The notes under the pieces were generated by a model. The model ran no database searches. It had not been told where the DNA came from and worked only from the letters and a program-made list of their open reading frames with translations. 64,000 nucleotides of DNA from a bacterium (GTDB lineage Bacteria; Patescibacteriota; Saccharimonadia; Saccharimonadales; UBA4665), in contig JAKBGO010000002.1 in NCBI GenBank assembly GCA_021833065.1, forward strand, positions 11,493 to 75,492, written 5' to 3'. Position numbers and translations under genes: made by a program. This document shows positions 1-10,278 of this stretch, piece by piece (positions within the stretch are counted from its first letter, which is position 1; each line of letters begins with the position of its first letter).

Positions 1-219
1 CCATAATTGATAGATTTATCGTCTCTTAGCACAGTCTTAAGACCTGTCACCTGATCTGATACTTCTAGATCTCCAACATCAGCATCGGACAACTTCGATA
101 CGAATTCTATAATTGATGACAGCTCTTTTTGCATCTCATCAATTTCTTTTTCAGATAAAATCAGTTTGGATAATTTTGCCAATTTCAATATCTCGTCGCG
201 TGATAGAGTATTTGCCATT
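1..219 (-). CDS. gatC: Asp/Glu-tRNA amidotransferase subunit C; the 3' end runs off the left edge
   Basis: Absent from the ORF track because it is truncated. A reverse-strand ATG at 217-219 gives MANTLSRDEILKLAKLSKLILSEKEIDEMQKELSSIIEFVSKLSDADVGDLEVSDQVTGLKTVLRDD..., a typical GatC pattern, and the frame stays open to position 1. Confidence 0.75.
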
Positions 220-239
220 TGGAAGTATTGTAACAAAAT

Positions 240-2222
240 TTATCTTGAATGTTTAGTTTTTTTCTCTGATTCAAGTGATTTAATAATATCTCGTAGCTCG
301 GCGGCTAACTCAAATTCCAAGTTAGCTGATGCCAGCTCCATTTGAGAAGTTAGATCTTCAATAATAGTGCTATACTCTTCTTTTGGAATTTTTTTCAGAT
401 TTAATTTAGTCTGCTTAGCTTCCTCAGACATCACGCCATGCATAGTTTCCTCAACTTGTCTTGATATGGTTTTAGGAATTATATGATGTTCTTCGTTATA
501 TTTAATCTGAACCTGACGATTCTGATTAGTCAGATCAATACAGCGTTGCATGCTTTCAGTAATTTTATCGGCATACATAATTACCCTTCCTTCAACATGT
601 CTAGCGGCTCGACCGGCAGTCTGGATAAGAGCAGTATCGCTTCTTAAAAATCCTTCTTTATCGGCATCTAAAATAATTACCAAGCTAACTTCCGGTAAGT
701 CTATCCCCTCTCTTAGCAGGTTTATACCAACTAACACATCATAGACACCTAGACGTATATCCCGAAGAATATCAGTTCTTTCCAGTGTATCGACATCACT
801 ATGAATGTATGCTACTTTGATGCCAGTTTCATTTAAATACTCGGTCAAGTCTTCGGCCATCCGTTTGGTAAGGGTTGTGATTAATACCCTCTGATGTTTA
901 GCGATGTTATCTCTGATTTCTGCTATTACATCATCAATTTGATTATTGGTTGGACGTATCTGAATTTCTGGATCAAGTAATCCGGTTGGTCTAATTAGCT
1001 GAGAAATAATGAGGTCTTTCGAGTCCTTTATCTCGTAATCTGCCGGCGTTGCAGAAACGTACAAAACATCATTCATATGTTTTTCAAATTCCAAAAATGT
1101 AAGCGGTCGGTTATCCAAAGCGCTTGGTAGTCGAAAACCATATTCCACCAACGTTTCTTTGCGTGCTCTATCGCCATTATACATTCCCTTTATTTGAGGG
1201 ACTGTCATATGCGATTCGTCGATAATCATCAAATAATCATCCGGAAAATAATCAAGTAGAGTAGCTGGCTGCTCTCCTTCTTCTCGACTAGTTAAATATC
1301 TAGAATAATTTTCAATCCCTTTTACGAATCCTGTCTCTTCCAGCATTTCAAGATCAAAATTTGTTCTCTGGGCAATCCTTTGGGCTTCAAGTAATTTGTT
1401 TTGGCCTTTGAAAAATTTAATTCGACTATCAAGTTCTTCTCTTATCTTGCCGATAGACATTTTAACTTTATCCTGGGTTGTAACGTAATGAGAGTTGGGA
1501 TAAACCTTATAGCTCTGAAGTTTTCTTAAAACTTCACCGGTCAAAGGATTAAACTGTAAAATCCTGTCAATCTCATCATTATACATATCTATTCTATAAG
1601 CAACTTCTTCACCAGCTGGGTATATGTCCAAGACATCACCCTTAACCCTAAATGTTCCTCTGTGAAAATCGATATCATTACGCTGGTATTGAATGTCGGT
1701 TAACTGACGAATCAATTTATCTCTGACTCTTTTTTCTCCGATAGTAAGCTTAATTGATAAATCAGAATAGTCATCAACGGAGCCAATACCATATATACAA
1801 CTGACACTAGCCACTATAATGACATCTCTCCTAGACAATAGTGCGTCTGTTGCGGCATGTCGCAAGCGATCAATTTCCTCGTTAATTTTTGAGTCCTTTT
1901 CTATATATACGTCAGAACGAGCTATATAAGCCTCTGGCTGATAATAATCAAAATAAGATACAAAATAATGTACTGCGGCGTCCGGGAAAAAGTGCTTGAA
2001 CTCGTTATAAAGTTGGGCTGCTAATGTTTTATTATGAGAAACTACTAAAGTAGGACGATTCAATTTTTCAATGACATTAGCCATTGTAAAAGTTTTACCT
2101 GATCCGGTGACTCCTCTTAAAACTTGTCTCGATTTACCATTTGCAAAGTTTGAAACAATAGAATCAATCGCCCGAGGCTGATCTCCGGTTGGATGAAAAG
2201 GGCTTCTTATCTTTAATGCCAT
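240..2222 (-). CDS. uvrB: excinuclease ABC subunit B
   Basis: 660 aa. Walker A GVTGSGKTFT, helicase motifs, and a C-terminal UVR coiled coil (ELAAELRD). Confidence 0.97.
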   Translation of the reverse strand: MALKIRSPFHPTGDQPRAIDSIVSNFANGKSRQVLRGVTGSGKTFTMANVIEKLNRPTLVVSHNKTLAAQLYNEFKHFFPDAAVHYFVSYFDYYQPEAYIARSDVYIEKDSKINEEIDRLRHAATDALLSRRDVIIVASVSCIYGIGSVDDYSDLSIKLTIGEKRVRDKLIRQLTDIQYQRNDIDFHRGTFRVKGDVLDIYPAGEEVAYRIDMYNDEIDRILQFNPLTGEVLRKLQSYKVYPNSHYVTTQDKVKMSIGKIREELDSRIKFFKGQNKLLEAQRIAQRTNFDLEMLEETGFVKGIENYSRYLTSREEGEQPATLLDYFPDDYLMIIDESHMTVPQIKGMYNGDRARKETLVEYGFRLPSALDNRPLTFLEFEKHMNDVLYVSATPADYEIKDSKDLIISQLIRPTGLLDPEIQIRPTNNQIDDVIAEIRDNIAKHQRVLITTLTKRMAEDLTEYLNETGIKVAYIHSDVDTLERTDILRDIRLGVYDVLVGINLLREGIDLPEVSLVIILDADKEGFLRSDTALIQTAGRAARHVEGRVIMYADKITESMQRCIDLTNQNRQVQIKYNEEHHIIPKTISRQVEETMHGVMSEEAKQTKLNLKKIPKEEYSTIIEDLTSQMELASANLEFELAAELRDIIKSLESEKKTKHSR

Positions 2223-2255
2223 TAAGATAATTTTAACAGATTAAGCCCGAGGTGC

Positions 2256-2846
2256 TTAGTAAAGGTTCTTGTATTGACTGTGTTCAATGTCTAAATGTCT
2301 GGTTAATTCCTTGATTAAATCATCTGCGGAATCGTTAAATGTCACCACGGAACCCTTTTTAATTGGGTGAGCCAGATTAATTAATGTATGAATTTCTTCA
2401 CTTATGCCTCCGGCACCTTGTAGGAAGCCAATCGGAGTAGATGATTCCATGGCTATCGTAAATTCATGCAGAGTTCCCAACCTACCGCCAATGCTTATTA
2501 CAGCATCGGAAGAAGTTATCAGGAGTGTGTCTCGGCCGACATAGTGTAGCCCACTATATAGAATAGTGTCATAGTACTCTACCGGTAATCGGTACTTCAT
2601 GACATGCTCTACTTTTGAAGCAGCCGGAGAAATTCCAAGACTCATCTTTCCGCCGGCTTTTTTATAAGCCTCGGCTGCATAATTTGGCAAACCGATTGTA
2701 GCACCAGTAAGCAGGCTGTGGCCGGCATTAGCAATTGCCACGCCAATCGACTCTGCAAGTCTTTTACCTTCTTCTACGCTTTCTCCTTTCGCTGCCCCTG
2801 AAACACAGATTTGATACATATTCCCCCTTTTTTTACTGGCCAACAA
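2256..2846 (-). CDS. TIGR00725/LOG-like Rossmann-fold nucleotide-binding protein
   Basis: Has ICVSGAA...GxxLLTGA...GGxGTLxEF motifs of the LOG/DprA-like (SLOG) fold. The internal ATG at 2817-2819, preceded by AAGGGGG, is a more likely start because it removes the overlap with the upstream gene. Confidence 0.7.
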   Translation of the reverse strand: MLASKKRGNMYQICVSGAAKGESVEEGKRLAESIGVAIANAGHSLLTGATIGLPNYAAEAYKKAGGKMSLGISPAASKVEHVMKYRLPVEYYDTILYSGLHYVGRDTLLITSSDAVISIGGRLGTLHEFTIAMESSTPIGFLQGAGGISEEIHTLINLAHPIKKGSVVTFNDSADDLIKELTRHLDIEHSQYKNLY

Positions 2847-4029
2847 ATACTTCTTTTAATAAATTATCAGTTCTAACTCGAGATACACCCGAAAGATATT
2901 CTACGACACTACTAATATTAAAATACTGATTGATTAATTCTTTCTTTAAAGATAGCTGGGCATTGGCTAAACTACGATAAGCAAAATCAACTCCCTCAAC
3001 AATGTCACTGACGATATCTTTGACATTAAACGAAACAGATTGATGATGATTTACATTTAGAAGATAGTTAGTATCCGACCAGAAATCCAAATTGTTGAGG
3101 TGTAGTATTTTATTATCCAGTCGACTTAGAGAAGTTTTCTTTTCTACTATATTTAAATCCTCCAGTATATCGCTAAACATCGTAAAATCACTGAACTTAT
3201 CGATGAATTTCTCTAAAAACTCATTAGGTAAAACGCTCTTATCATTTAGCATGAAGTTATAGAAAACAGAAAAATCATCACGAAACTTAACGAAATCGAG
3301 AATTCTGTCCTTAAGGACCCAGGTGTTGATTATTTCGCCAATCTCGATTAAGAATTTAATCAGACTAGCGCTGCCAGATATTGTTTTATCACTCAAATAA
3401 ATAGTGGCTGATTTAAAATCTGCAAAACTGGAATCAGCTATTCTAGTTCTATTTTCTTTTTTAAAAATTATCGGCGTATAAGACAGGTTATTTATTCCAA
3501 TATGTCTTAGGCTATTCCCAATCAATTCAGCGGTACTAGCGGACTCTTGGGACTGAGCCATCGAAAATATTAACGACATAGGTTCTCTTTTAAACATTGA
3601 GGCTTTAGTTCTGTAGCCCATAAATTTTACTGTTTTTTTCAAAGGTAGATTACTTAATTGAGTTTTCAGAAAACCAGACCTCAAGGCCAGCATACTTAGT
3701 CCCTGACAAGATTGATTCAGTCTCAATATCAATCCGTCTAATAAATTTGCTTCAGCCGATATCTTATCGGCCGCCAGATACCGAAGACGACGAGTTAGGC
3801 TGTTTTCATCTTGTTTAATCTTTTCTCGCAATGCAAAGTATAGTTCTTCGGAGGTAGTGTCGTGGGGATCAAGACCCAACATTTTAAGTTTGTCTCTTAT
3901 TAAACGTCTCATCGTCTCGGTGAAATAAATATCATTGTTGGTTTTTCCACTAATCTTATTAATCTTCAGAATGCTCTGATGAAAGTTGGGATGGTGTTGG
4001 TCTAATGCTACTTTTAAGAATTTAGTCAT
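2833..4029 (-). CDS. hypothetical protein
   Basis: 398-aa uninterrupted ORF packed tightly between neighbours on the same strand. I recognise no motif. Confidence 0.6.
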   Translation of the reverse strand: MTKFLKVALDQHHPNFHQSILKINKISGKTNNDIYFTETMRRLIRDKLKMLGLDPHDTTSEELYFALREKIKQDENSLTRRLRYLAADKISAEANLLDGLILRLNQSCQGLSMLALRSGFLKTQLSNLPLKKTVKFMGYRTKASMFKREPMSLIFSMAQSQESASTAELIGNSLRHIGINNLSYTPIIFKKENRTRIADSSFADFKSATIYLSDKTISGSASLIKFLIEIGEIINTWVLKDRILDFVKFRDDFSVFYNFMLNDKSVLPNEFLEKFIDKFSDFTMFSDILEDLNIVEKKTSLSRLDNKILHLNNLDFWSDTNYLLNVNHHQSVSFNVKDIVSDIVEGVDFAYRSLANAQLSLKKELINQYFNISSVVEYLSGVSRVRTDNLLKEVFVGQ

Positions 4030-4094
4030 TTTTATTTTAATTTACTTAGCTATATTTTAGCATAAGCGCTCAAGCCACTAAAGATATAATCAAA

Positions 4095-5099
4095 CTACGC
4101 CATTCGAGTCGGACGATACCAATCGGGCGATTCTCTAAGATATTTAGTAATTTCATCTTCGCTAAGAAGGCCTTCTTGAGCACCGGTGTATTGTAAGACA
4201 TTCATTGAATTAATTGGCGCCCACTGTAGCGCACCCTCTATTGAGTTACCTTTGATGAGAGCGGCGACGAAGGTTGACGCAAAGGCATCACCAGCACCAG
4301 TTCTATCTTTCGGAGCTGCCCGATCAGGATATAACGGCATTTGAAAACGATCATTGCCGTTAGAAGCATATGCACCATGAGGACCGTCAGTAATCACGAC
4401 TATCTTTGGTCCTAGTTGATGTAAGCGGTTAAACAAATCATTGATGTCTTCATGATTTCCACCGGACACAAGTGTAGCCTCTTCTCTGTTCAATATTAAA
4501 ACTTCAGTTCTTTGGTAAATTCGGCTGAGTCTTTCAACCCCAAATTCCATCTGAAAGGTACCGGGCTGGAAAGCCATCTTGACTGATGGATTTTTATCAA
4601 GCCAGTCGGATACCAAATCATGAAATTCAAGAGCCTTTTTACTAATTGAACTAAAGTAAATCCATTTTGGAGTTTCGTTTTCGGTAATCATCGGCCAATG
4701 ATATGGATAATCTTCATGTTTAACAAGAATAGTTCTTTCTTCCTTGTACCATAGTACATAATGATAATTACTGGCCATACCCGAATTTATCTTCACAAAC
4801 CTCGTATCGACTTTATTTTTTTCTAACGAAGCAATCATGTCGCGGCCATGAGAATCATCACCGACATTCGCAACGAAAGAAGATTTCAGACCAAGTCTTG
4901 CGAAAGACACGGCTGCATTGGCCGAATTTCCGACGGCTTCTATGATTTCAGCATGATCATAAGGTAATTTAGTACCAAATTCCATACTAATAAATTGCTT
5001 GTCATCACCCTGACTAATTGTAGCCTCGCTATCGATTAATTTAATAAAAGCATCTGTGACTATGTCTCCGATACTAATAACATCTATTTGATTGTTCAA
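4095..5099 (-). CDS. PfkB-family carbohydrate kinase (ribokinase-like)
   Basis: C-terminal DRTGAGDAFASTF signature and an N-terminal GG-type motif of the PfkB family. Confidence 0.85.
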   Translation of the reverse strand: MNNQIDVISIGDIVTDAFIKLIDSEATISQGDDKQFISMEFGTKLPYDHAEIIEAVGNSANAAVSFARLGLKSSFVANVGDDSHGRDMIASLEKNKVDTRFVKINSGMASNYHYVLWYKEERTILVKHEDYPYHWPMITENETPKWIYFSSISKKALEFHDLVSDWLDKNPSVKMAFQPGTFQMEFGVERLSRIYQRTEVLILNREEATLVSGGNHEDINDLFNRLHQLGPKIVVITDGPHGAYASNGNDRFQMPLYPDRAAPKDRTGAGDAFASTFVAALIKGNSIEGALQWAPINSMNVLQYTGAQEGLLSEDEITKYLRESPDWYRPTRMA

Positions 5100-5137
5100 T
5101 TTGCCCCCCTGTTTTTATTTATAGTGCTTCTTATCTA

Positions 5138-6052
5138 TTAATATAACGCTTTTCCCGAAGAATTAAAATCATCAATTTTACTCTCGACTACGGCCTGAAC
5201 AGCTGGAATTACGGCCTTATTAATCAATTTTGCTACAGAATACTCGTCTTTATTTTCTGACAATATCTTCTCTAAAGTAGTCCGATAGGCATATCTCATG
5301 TCGGAATTAATATTCACTTTTGAAACCCCAATAGCAACCGCATCTCTAAAATAATGCCCCGGTGTATCTGATCCACCATGGAGAGATATGTTGCAATCAA
5401 TAGCATTCCTAATTTCTTTGAGCAAATCAAGATCCAGAATTTTAGGTACTGGATATTTACCGTGTAAGTTACCGATGGCGGCTGCAAAAGTATCAATACC
5501 AGTGTTTTCAACGAAATGCTTGGCGCCTTCAGGAGTCGAGAATGTCTTTTTTATTTCATCGTAATCAATTGTTTCTGAGTGTAGATTGGAGCTTCCTCCG
5601 AAATAATGAGGTTCACTTTCAACAAGTGCGCCTGTTAATTTTGCATAATCAACTATTTCCTTGGTAGCGGCAATAATTTCCTCATCGCTTGCATCATGGT
5701 TGGCCTGCGATACATCGATGTGTATAAATTCAAAACCAGCCTCAATACCTAGTTTAGCGGACTCGATGGAGGGACTGTGGTCCAAATTAATATAAACCTC
5801 TGCCTGATACTCTGCCTTTAAATTATCAACCATATCTCTGACAGTGTCCAAACCGATATCATCAACCTCTCCTTGGCTAACTTCAACTAGCACCGGTGCT
5901 TTTTTATTTGAGGCAGCGGCTAAAACAGCTCGGAGGGTAGCCTCATCATCCAAATTGAACGCTCCAAAAGCCCAGTGTTCATAACGAGCCTGATTCATTC
6001 TTTCTCGGGCTTTACTGCAGTTTATTTTTATTTGTCTAAGACTTATTGCCAT
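5138..6052 (-). CDS. fba: class II fructose/ketose-bisphosphate aldolase
   Basis: WAFGAFN start, NLDH Zn-ligand region, IDxS and SLHGGS motifs. Confidence 0.9.
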   Translation of the reverse strand: MAISLRQIKINCSKARERMNQARYEHWAFGAFNLDDEATLRAVLAAASNKKAPVLVEVSQGEVDDIGLDTVRDMVDNLKAEYQAEVYINLDHSPSIESAKLGIEAGFEFIHIDVSQANHDASDEEIIAATKEIVDYAKLTGALVESEPHYFGGSSNLHSETIDYDEIKKTFSTPEGAKHFVENTGIDTFAAAIGNLHGKYPVPKILDLDLLKEIRNAIDCNISLHGGSDTPGHYFRDAVAIGVSKVNINSDMRYAYRTTLEKILSENKDEYSVAKLINKAVIPAVQAVVESKIDDFNSSGKALY

Positions 6053-7025
6053 GATTTTTCCTTTCCATTATGTGGTGAACAGATAAGCGAATATGTTCTG
6101 CGTCTAAACCAAAATGTTCCAACAATTGATTAGGTTCACCCGATTCTCCAAAACGATCTTTAACGCCAACACGAAATAGTGGTACGGGCAGATTTTCTCC
6201 AATCAGCTCAGCAACAGCACCACCAAGACCGCCGTTAATCTGTCCTTCTTCAACTGTCACAACAGCTCCGGTTTTAGCCAAGCTTTTTAAAATAGTTTGT
6301 CCATCAAGAGGTTTAATAGTTGGAACGTGAATAACTTCTACGTCAATACCATCCTTATACAACAAGTCAACTGCCAATAAAGCCTGAAAGGTCATTGATC
6401 CTGTCGACACAACCGTAACGTCATTCCCCTTCTCGTAAACATAAGCTTTACCGATTTCAAAGGGTGTCTTAGTAGTCGTGAAAATACCGGTAGCTTCCCT
6501 GGCTAGTCTCATATAATTCGGTCTATTGTCGCTTGCCATAGCGATAGTACATTTTTCGGCTTCGATACTATCTCCAGGCGCTAAAACAACCATGTTTGGC
6601 AAAACTCTCATTAGTGTTATATCCTCAAGCATCTGGTGAGTAGCACCGTCCGGACCAACACTTATACCTGAATGAGAACCAACAATTTTAACCGGACGAT
6701 TATTAAGACTTATGGTGGTTCTGATTTGCTCATAATTTCTTCCCGGTGAAAAAGCAGCATAAGATGAAACAAAAGGTATTTTACCACCAGCAGCTAAACC
6801 AGAACCGACAGTCACCAGATTTTGCTCGGCAACACCTATTTCAAAGAAGCGATCAGGAAAGTTGTCGGCAAACAGCGACATTTGAGTGGAGTCGGTTAAA
6901 TCGGCACAGCAAGCGACGACTGACGAATTTATCTGACCCGCCTTTAAAAGCCCTCTTCCAAAACCTTTTCTTATTGGTTCTTCGAGATAATCTTTTTTGA
7001 AATCGTGTAGGTATAAATCTTCCAT
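6036..7025 (-). CDS. transketolase, C-terminal (pyrimidine-binding) subunit
   Basis: FEIGVAEQN and GPDGATHQ motifs, at the length of a split-transketolase B subunit. Confidence 0.9.
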   Translation of the reverse strand: MEDLYLHDFKKDYLEEPIRKGFGRGLLKAGQINSSVVACCADLTDSTQMSLFADNFPDRFFEIGVAEQNLVTVGSGLAAGGKIPFVSSYAAFSPGRNYEQIRTTISLNNRPVKIVGSHSGISVGPDGATHQMLEDITLMRVLPNMVVLAPGDSIEAEKCTIAMASDNRPNYMRLAREATGIFTTTKTPFEIGKAYVYEKGNDVTVVSTGSMTFQALLAVDLLYKDGIDVEVIHVPTIKPLDGQTILKSLAKTGAVVTVEEGQINGGLGGAVAELIGENLPVPLFRVGVKDRFGESGEPNQLLEHFGLDAEHIRLSVHHIMERKNHGNKS

Positions 7026-7027
7026 TT

Positions 7028-7318
7028 CTACTTTCTCTTATTGAAAATAAAACGATAACTATAAAATAAAAACGAAAAGGCCATAGTAACAGTGGCAATA
7101 AAAATAACGATAGCTACCATATCGCCGGGAGTTAATGAAGATTTACCGCAGCTAACAACTGATAATCCTGTATCATTTACCGAACACGGTCTAAAGCCGG
7201 CTAAATCCTGATAAACGAAATCGCCGGATATGAAAACTAAAAAGATACCGATTAACGCAAGGATAATCGATGTGATGCCTAATATTTTTTTGGGTCTTTT
7301 GTTTTTAATTGTGCTCAC
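7028..7318 (-). CDS. small membrane protein (two predicted TM helices)
   Basis: 96-aa ORF wedged exactly between the two transketolase halves. It overlaps the N-terminal subunit gene by 14 nt and has hydrophobic segments ILGITSIILALIGIFLVFI and VAIVIFIATVTMAFSFLFY. Confidence 0.5.
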   Translation of the reverse strand: MSTIKNKRPKKILGITSIILALIGIFLVFISGDFVYQDLAGFRPCSVNDTGLSVVSCGKSSLTPGDMVAIVIFIATVTMAFSFLFYSYRFIFNKRK

Positions 7319-8159
7319 CGGTAATTTTTCCTTTCAAACTTCTCAGTTCTTTTAATGCTAGTTTTGCCTGTTCGTGATTTGGCGGTACGCCATGCCAATG
7401 ATAATCATTTTCCATGAAATCAACGCCTTTTCCGGGTATGGTATAGGCAATTATCGCGACCGGTTTATCGGTTATTGCTTTAGCCATTGTCAGTGTATCA
7501 ACTACAGATTCTAAATTATTCCCGTCGACCTCTATTACATGCCATCCGAAAGATTGCCATTTTAGCTTTAAATCTTCAAGAGGCATGACATTTTCAGTCA
7601 ATCCGTCAATCTGAATGTTATTACGATCGATGATAGCCACAACGTTGTGCAGATTATATTTGGGTATCAACATGGCTGCTTCCCAAACATTCCCTTCATC
7701 TAATTCTCCATCACCCATGACGACATAGATATATCTATGGGTTTGATTATCTAATCTTAGAGCCAAACCAAGCCCAGCAGCCTGACTAAGCCCGGAACCT
7801 AGCGGGCCCGATGTAGATTCCAGAGCCGGCAGTCGTAGCCTTTCCGGATGACCTTGTAGCCGAGATCCGAATTTTCTTAAAGTCATTAACTCTGAACGAT
7901 CGAAATAACCGGCATGTGCCATGGTTGCATATCTGACGGGCACACAGTGTCCATTGCTTTGAATCAAAATATCTCGCTCCGGCCAATCTATTTTCTCCGG
8001 ATCATGCTTCATGATTACGAAATAGAGCGCAACGTAGATCTCTACTTCACCAAGCGGACCGGCACTGTGGCCACTTCCGGCATGCTCAAGCATCTTAATA
8101 ATATCTTGCCTGATATCATCTGCGATAACTTCTAGTCTGGAGTATGACAAAGGCTTCAT
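7305..8159 (-). CDS. transketolase, N-terminal (TPP-binding) subunit
   Basis: SGHxG, GDGELDEGNVWEA (TPP motif) and HPE motifs. Confidence 0.9.
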   Translation of the reverse strand: MKPLSYSRLEVIADDIRQDIIKMLEHAGSGHSAGPLGEVEIYVALYFVIMKHDPEKIDWPERDILIQSNGHCVPVRYATMAHAGYFDRSELMTLRKFGSRLQGHPERLRLPALESTSGPLGSGLSQAAGLGLALRLDNQTHRYIYVVMGDGELDEGNVWEAAMLIPKYNLHNVVAIIDRNNIQIDGLTENVMPLEDLKLKWQSFGWHVIEVDGNNLESVVDTLTMAKAITDKPVAIIAYTIPGKGVDFMENDYHWHGVPPNHEQAKLALKELRSLKGKITGEHN

Positions 8160-8785
8160 AGTAATAACCCTTCTAGTTTATCATAAGCATTTTTAGGGTT
8201 ATCCGATTCGCTAATAAATGAACCAACATTGACAACGTCAACGCCACCTTCAACAACCTGCCTAATGTTATTGGAATTAACACCACCGTCCCAACCAATC
8301 TCCACTCCCGGATGATAATCTGCCACTTCTTTTACTTTATCCAGAAGAGAGAGATCTAAGGAACCGCCGTAATGACCAAGATCACCTGAAAATATTAGAA
8401 CATGATCGAAACTATGCATAATTTGCTTGGCATATTCGACAGGTGTTCCTTGAAGCAGGGCTAAACCGCTTAATATATCAGACTCGTGCAGTTTTGCAGA
8501 AAACAGCATATGGTGAACATTGGCCTCGTTATGGATGATTACCATGTGTGGGTGCAAATCAATTAATTTATCAATGTAATTCATCGGTTCAGCCACCATC
8601 AAATGAATATCAATCTGATAATGATTGGGCCATTTTACGTCTATTAAATCAACCGATCTACTATCGGTAAAACTGCCATCCATAATATCCAGATGAATTC
8701 GTTTAGAGAAAGTTGAGACGACTGAAAAATACGACTGAAAAATTTCTTTGTTCTCGCTCAAAACTGCCGGACAAATAATAGCCAT
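8156..8785 (-). CDS. rpe: ribulose-phosphate 3-epimerase-like protein (divergent)
   Basis: HLDIMDGSF, DIHLMV, DGGV and VGSFI motifs match the Rpe barrel, but the NPGFGGQ segment is divergent (SGDLGHYGG). Confidence 0.7.
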   Translation of the reverse strand: MAIICPAVLSENKEIFQSYFSVVSTFSKRIHLDIMDGSFTDSRSVDLIDVKWPNHYQIDIHLMVAEPMNYIDKLIDLHPHMVIIHNEANVHHMLFSAKLHESDILSGLALLQGTPVEYAKQIMHSFDHVLIFSGDLGHYGGSLDLSLLDKVKEVADYHPGVEIGWDGGVNSNNIRQVVEGGVDVVNVGSFISESDNPKNAYDKLEGLLL

Positions 8786-9228
8786 TAGTTTAACTCATCC
8801 AATTCTTTGAGACGACGGATAAACCTCGGGGCTTTAGCAAAGGGCGTCAAAAGGAAGACATTTATAATTTGTTTTGCTTCTTCTGTTTCCGTAAAATTAG
8901 CGGCCAGACAAAGAACATTGCTATTATCGTCATTTCTGGCAGCTCTGGCTTGTTCAGCCGTAAAGCATAAACTGGCTCTAATGCCCTTGAACCGATTAGC
9001 GGCCATGACCATTCCCTGGCCGCTTCCGCAAATCAATAGTCCACGGCTATTTTCAGGATCATCTTGTAATAAGGCATTACAGGCTCTAGCAGCAAACTGG
9101 GGAAAATCATCGTTCGGATCAAGCACATCATTAACGTCAATAATTTGATGTTCGGTAGTAGACAAGTATTTGACTAAATCTTGCTTGTAATCATAACCGT
9201 TGTGGTCAGTCCCAAGGAATATTTTCAT
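8785..9228 (-). CDS. rpiB: ribose-5-phosphate isomerase B
   Basis: 147 aa with GTDHxG start, ICGSGQG and NxxxL motifs of RpiB/LacAB. Confidence 0.9.
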   Translation of the reverse strand: MKIFLGTDHNGYDYKQDLVKYLSTTEHQIIDVNDVLDPNDDFPQFAARACNALLQDDPENSRGLLICGSGQGMVMAANRFKGIRASLCFTAEQARAARNDDNSNVLCLAANFTETEEAKQIINVFLLTPFAKAPRFIRRLKELDELN

Positions 9229-9243
9229 GACTTAAAATCAATC

Positions 9244-10278
9244 CTACTGATGATTGTGCTCTTCGTTCTGATGCAAAATTCGACCGATATCGGCCACTTC
9301 TTCTACTAGTCTGTTTGAATAACCCCATTCATTGTCATACCAAGCAACCACTTTAAGCATATTACCACCGGTTACCGCTGTAAGCTTCAAATCGACAATT
9401 GCCGAGTGAGAATTACCAATAAAATCACTACTGACAAGTTCCTCATCCGACACGGCTAGAATTCCTTGATAATAAGGCTCATTGGCTGCTTTTCTAAAAA
9501 CGTCGTTAACTTCATCCACGGTGACGTCCCTTTTAGTTAAAATAACAAAGTCACTCAACGAAACTACTGGGGTTGGTACGCGTACACTCATTCCGCCGAA
9601 AATTCCTTCAAGAGCCGGTAATGCCTTAGCGGCAGCAATCGAAGCACCGGTCGTAGTTGGAACAATGTTTTCAGCAGCGTTTCTGGCCTCTCGTAAGTCT
9701 TTGGCAGGTGCATCCTGTAATTTCTGTGAAGCGGTGTAACTATGTACTGTAGTCATCATCGCTTTCTCAATACCGAAATTCGATTCAATCACTGCAGCTA
9801 CCGGAGTAATACAGTTAGTGGTGCAAGATGCGTTAGAAATAATCTCGCCTGCGGAGTTTAATTCATCATCATTGACGCCAAGGACTACCGTGTTTGCTCC
9901 TTCACCTTTAGCAGGAGCCGATATGACCACTTTTTTGGCTCCGGCCTCTATGTGAGCTTTTGCTTTCGCTGGGTCTACAAAAAATCCGGTTGATTCAATA
10001 ACAACATCAACCGTCAAATCTTTCCACGGCAGAGCAGCCGGATCTTTTTCTGCCAAAACCTTAATAGGCTGCTTGTTGACGATGATATTTTCATCATCAA
10101 AAGAAACCTCTTTTTGATAAGTCCCGTAATTACTATCGTATTTTAATAGATGAGCCAGAGTTTTGGTATCTGTTAAATCATTGATCGCAACAATCTCGAC
10201 ATCGCTTCTTTCAAATGCAATCTTGAAAGCATTTCGACCGATTCGACCGAAACCATTAATAGCTATTCTCGTTTTCAT
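9244..10278 (-). CDS. gap: type I glyceraldehyde-3-phosphate dehydrogenase
   Basis: INGFGRIGR, SNASCTTNC catalytic Cys, WYDNEWGYS. Confidence 0.96.
   Translation of the reverse strand: MKTRIAINGFGRIGRNAFKIAFERSDVEIVAINDLTDTKTLAHLLKYDSNYGTYQKEVSFDDENIIVNKQPIKVLAEKDPAALPWKDLTVDVVIESTGFFVDPAKAKAHIEAGAKKVVISAPAKGEGANTVVLGVNDDELNSAGEIISNASCTTNCITPVAAVIESNFGIEKAMMTTVHSYTASQKLQDAPAKDLREARNAAENIVPTTTGASIAAAKALPALEGIFGGMSVRVPTPVVSLSDFVILTKRDVTVDEVNDVFRKAANEPYYQGILAVSDEELVSSDFIGNSHSAIVDLKLTAVTGGNMLKVVAWYDNEWGYSNRLVEEVADIGRILHQNEEHNHQ

Noticed and set aside
8807-9148. 113-aa + strand ORF, and similar track ORFs at 550-744, 2735-2929, 6746-7000, 7914-8135, 9482-9739, 14984-15514, 16531-16761, 43609-43917, 46816-47438, 58258-58563 and 62535-63597.
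   Set aside because: Each lies entirely antisense to, or out of frame within, a confidently identified conserved gene. They have low-complexity or odd composition and no RBS, so they are shadow ORFs.
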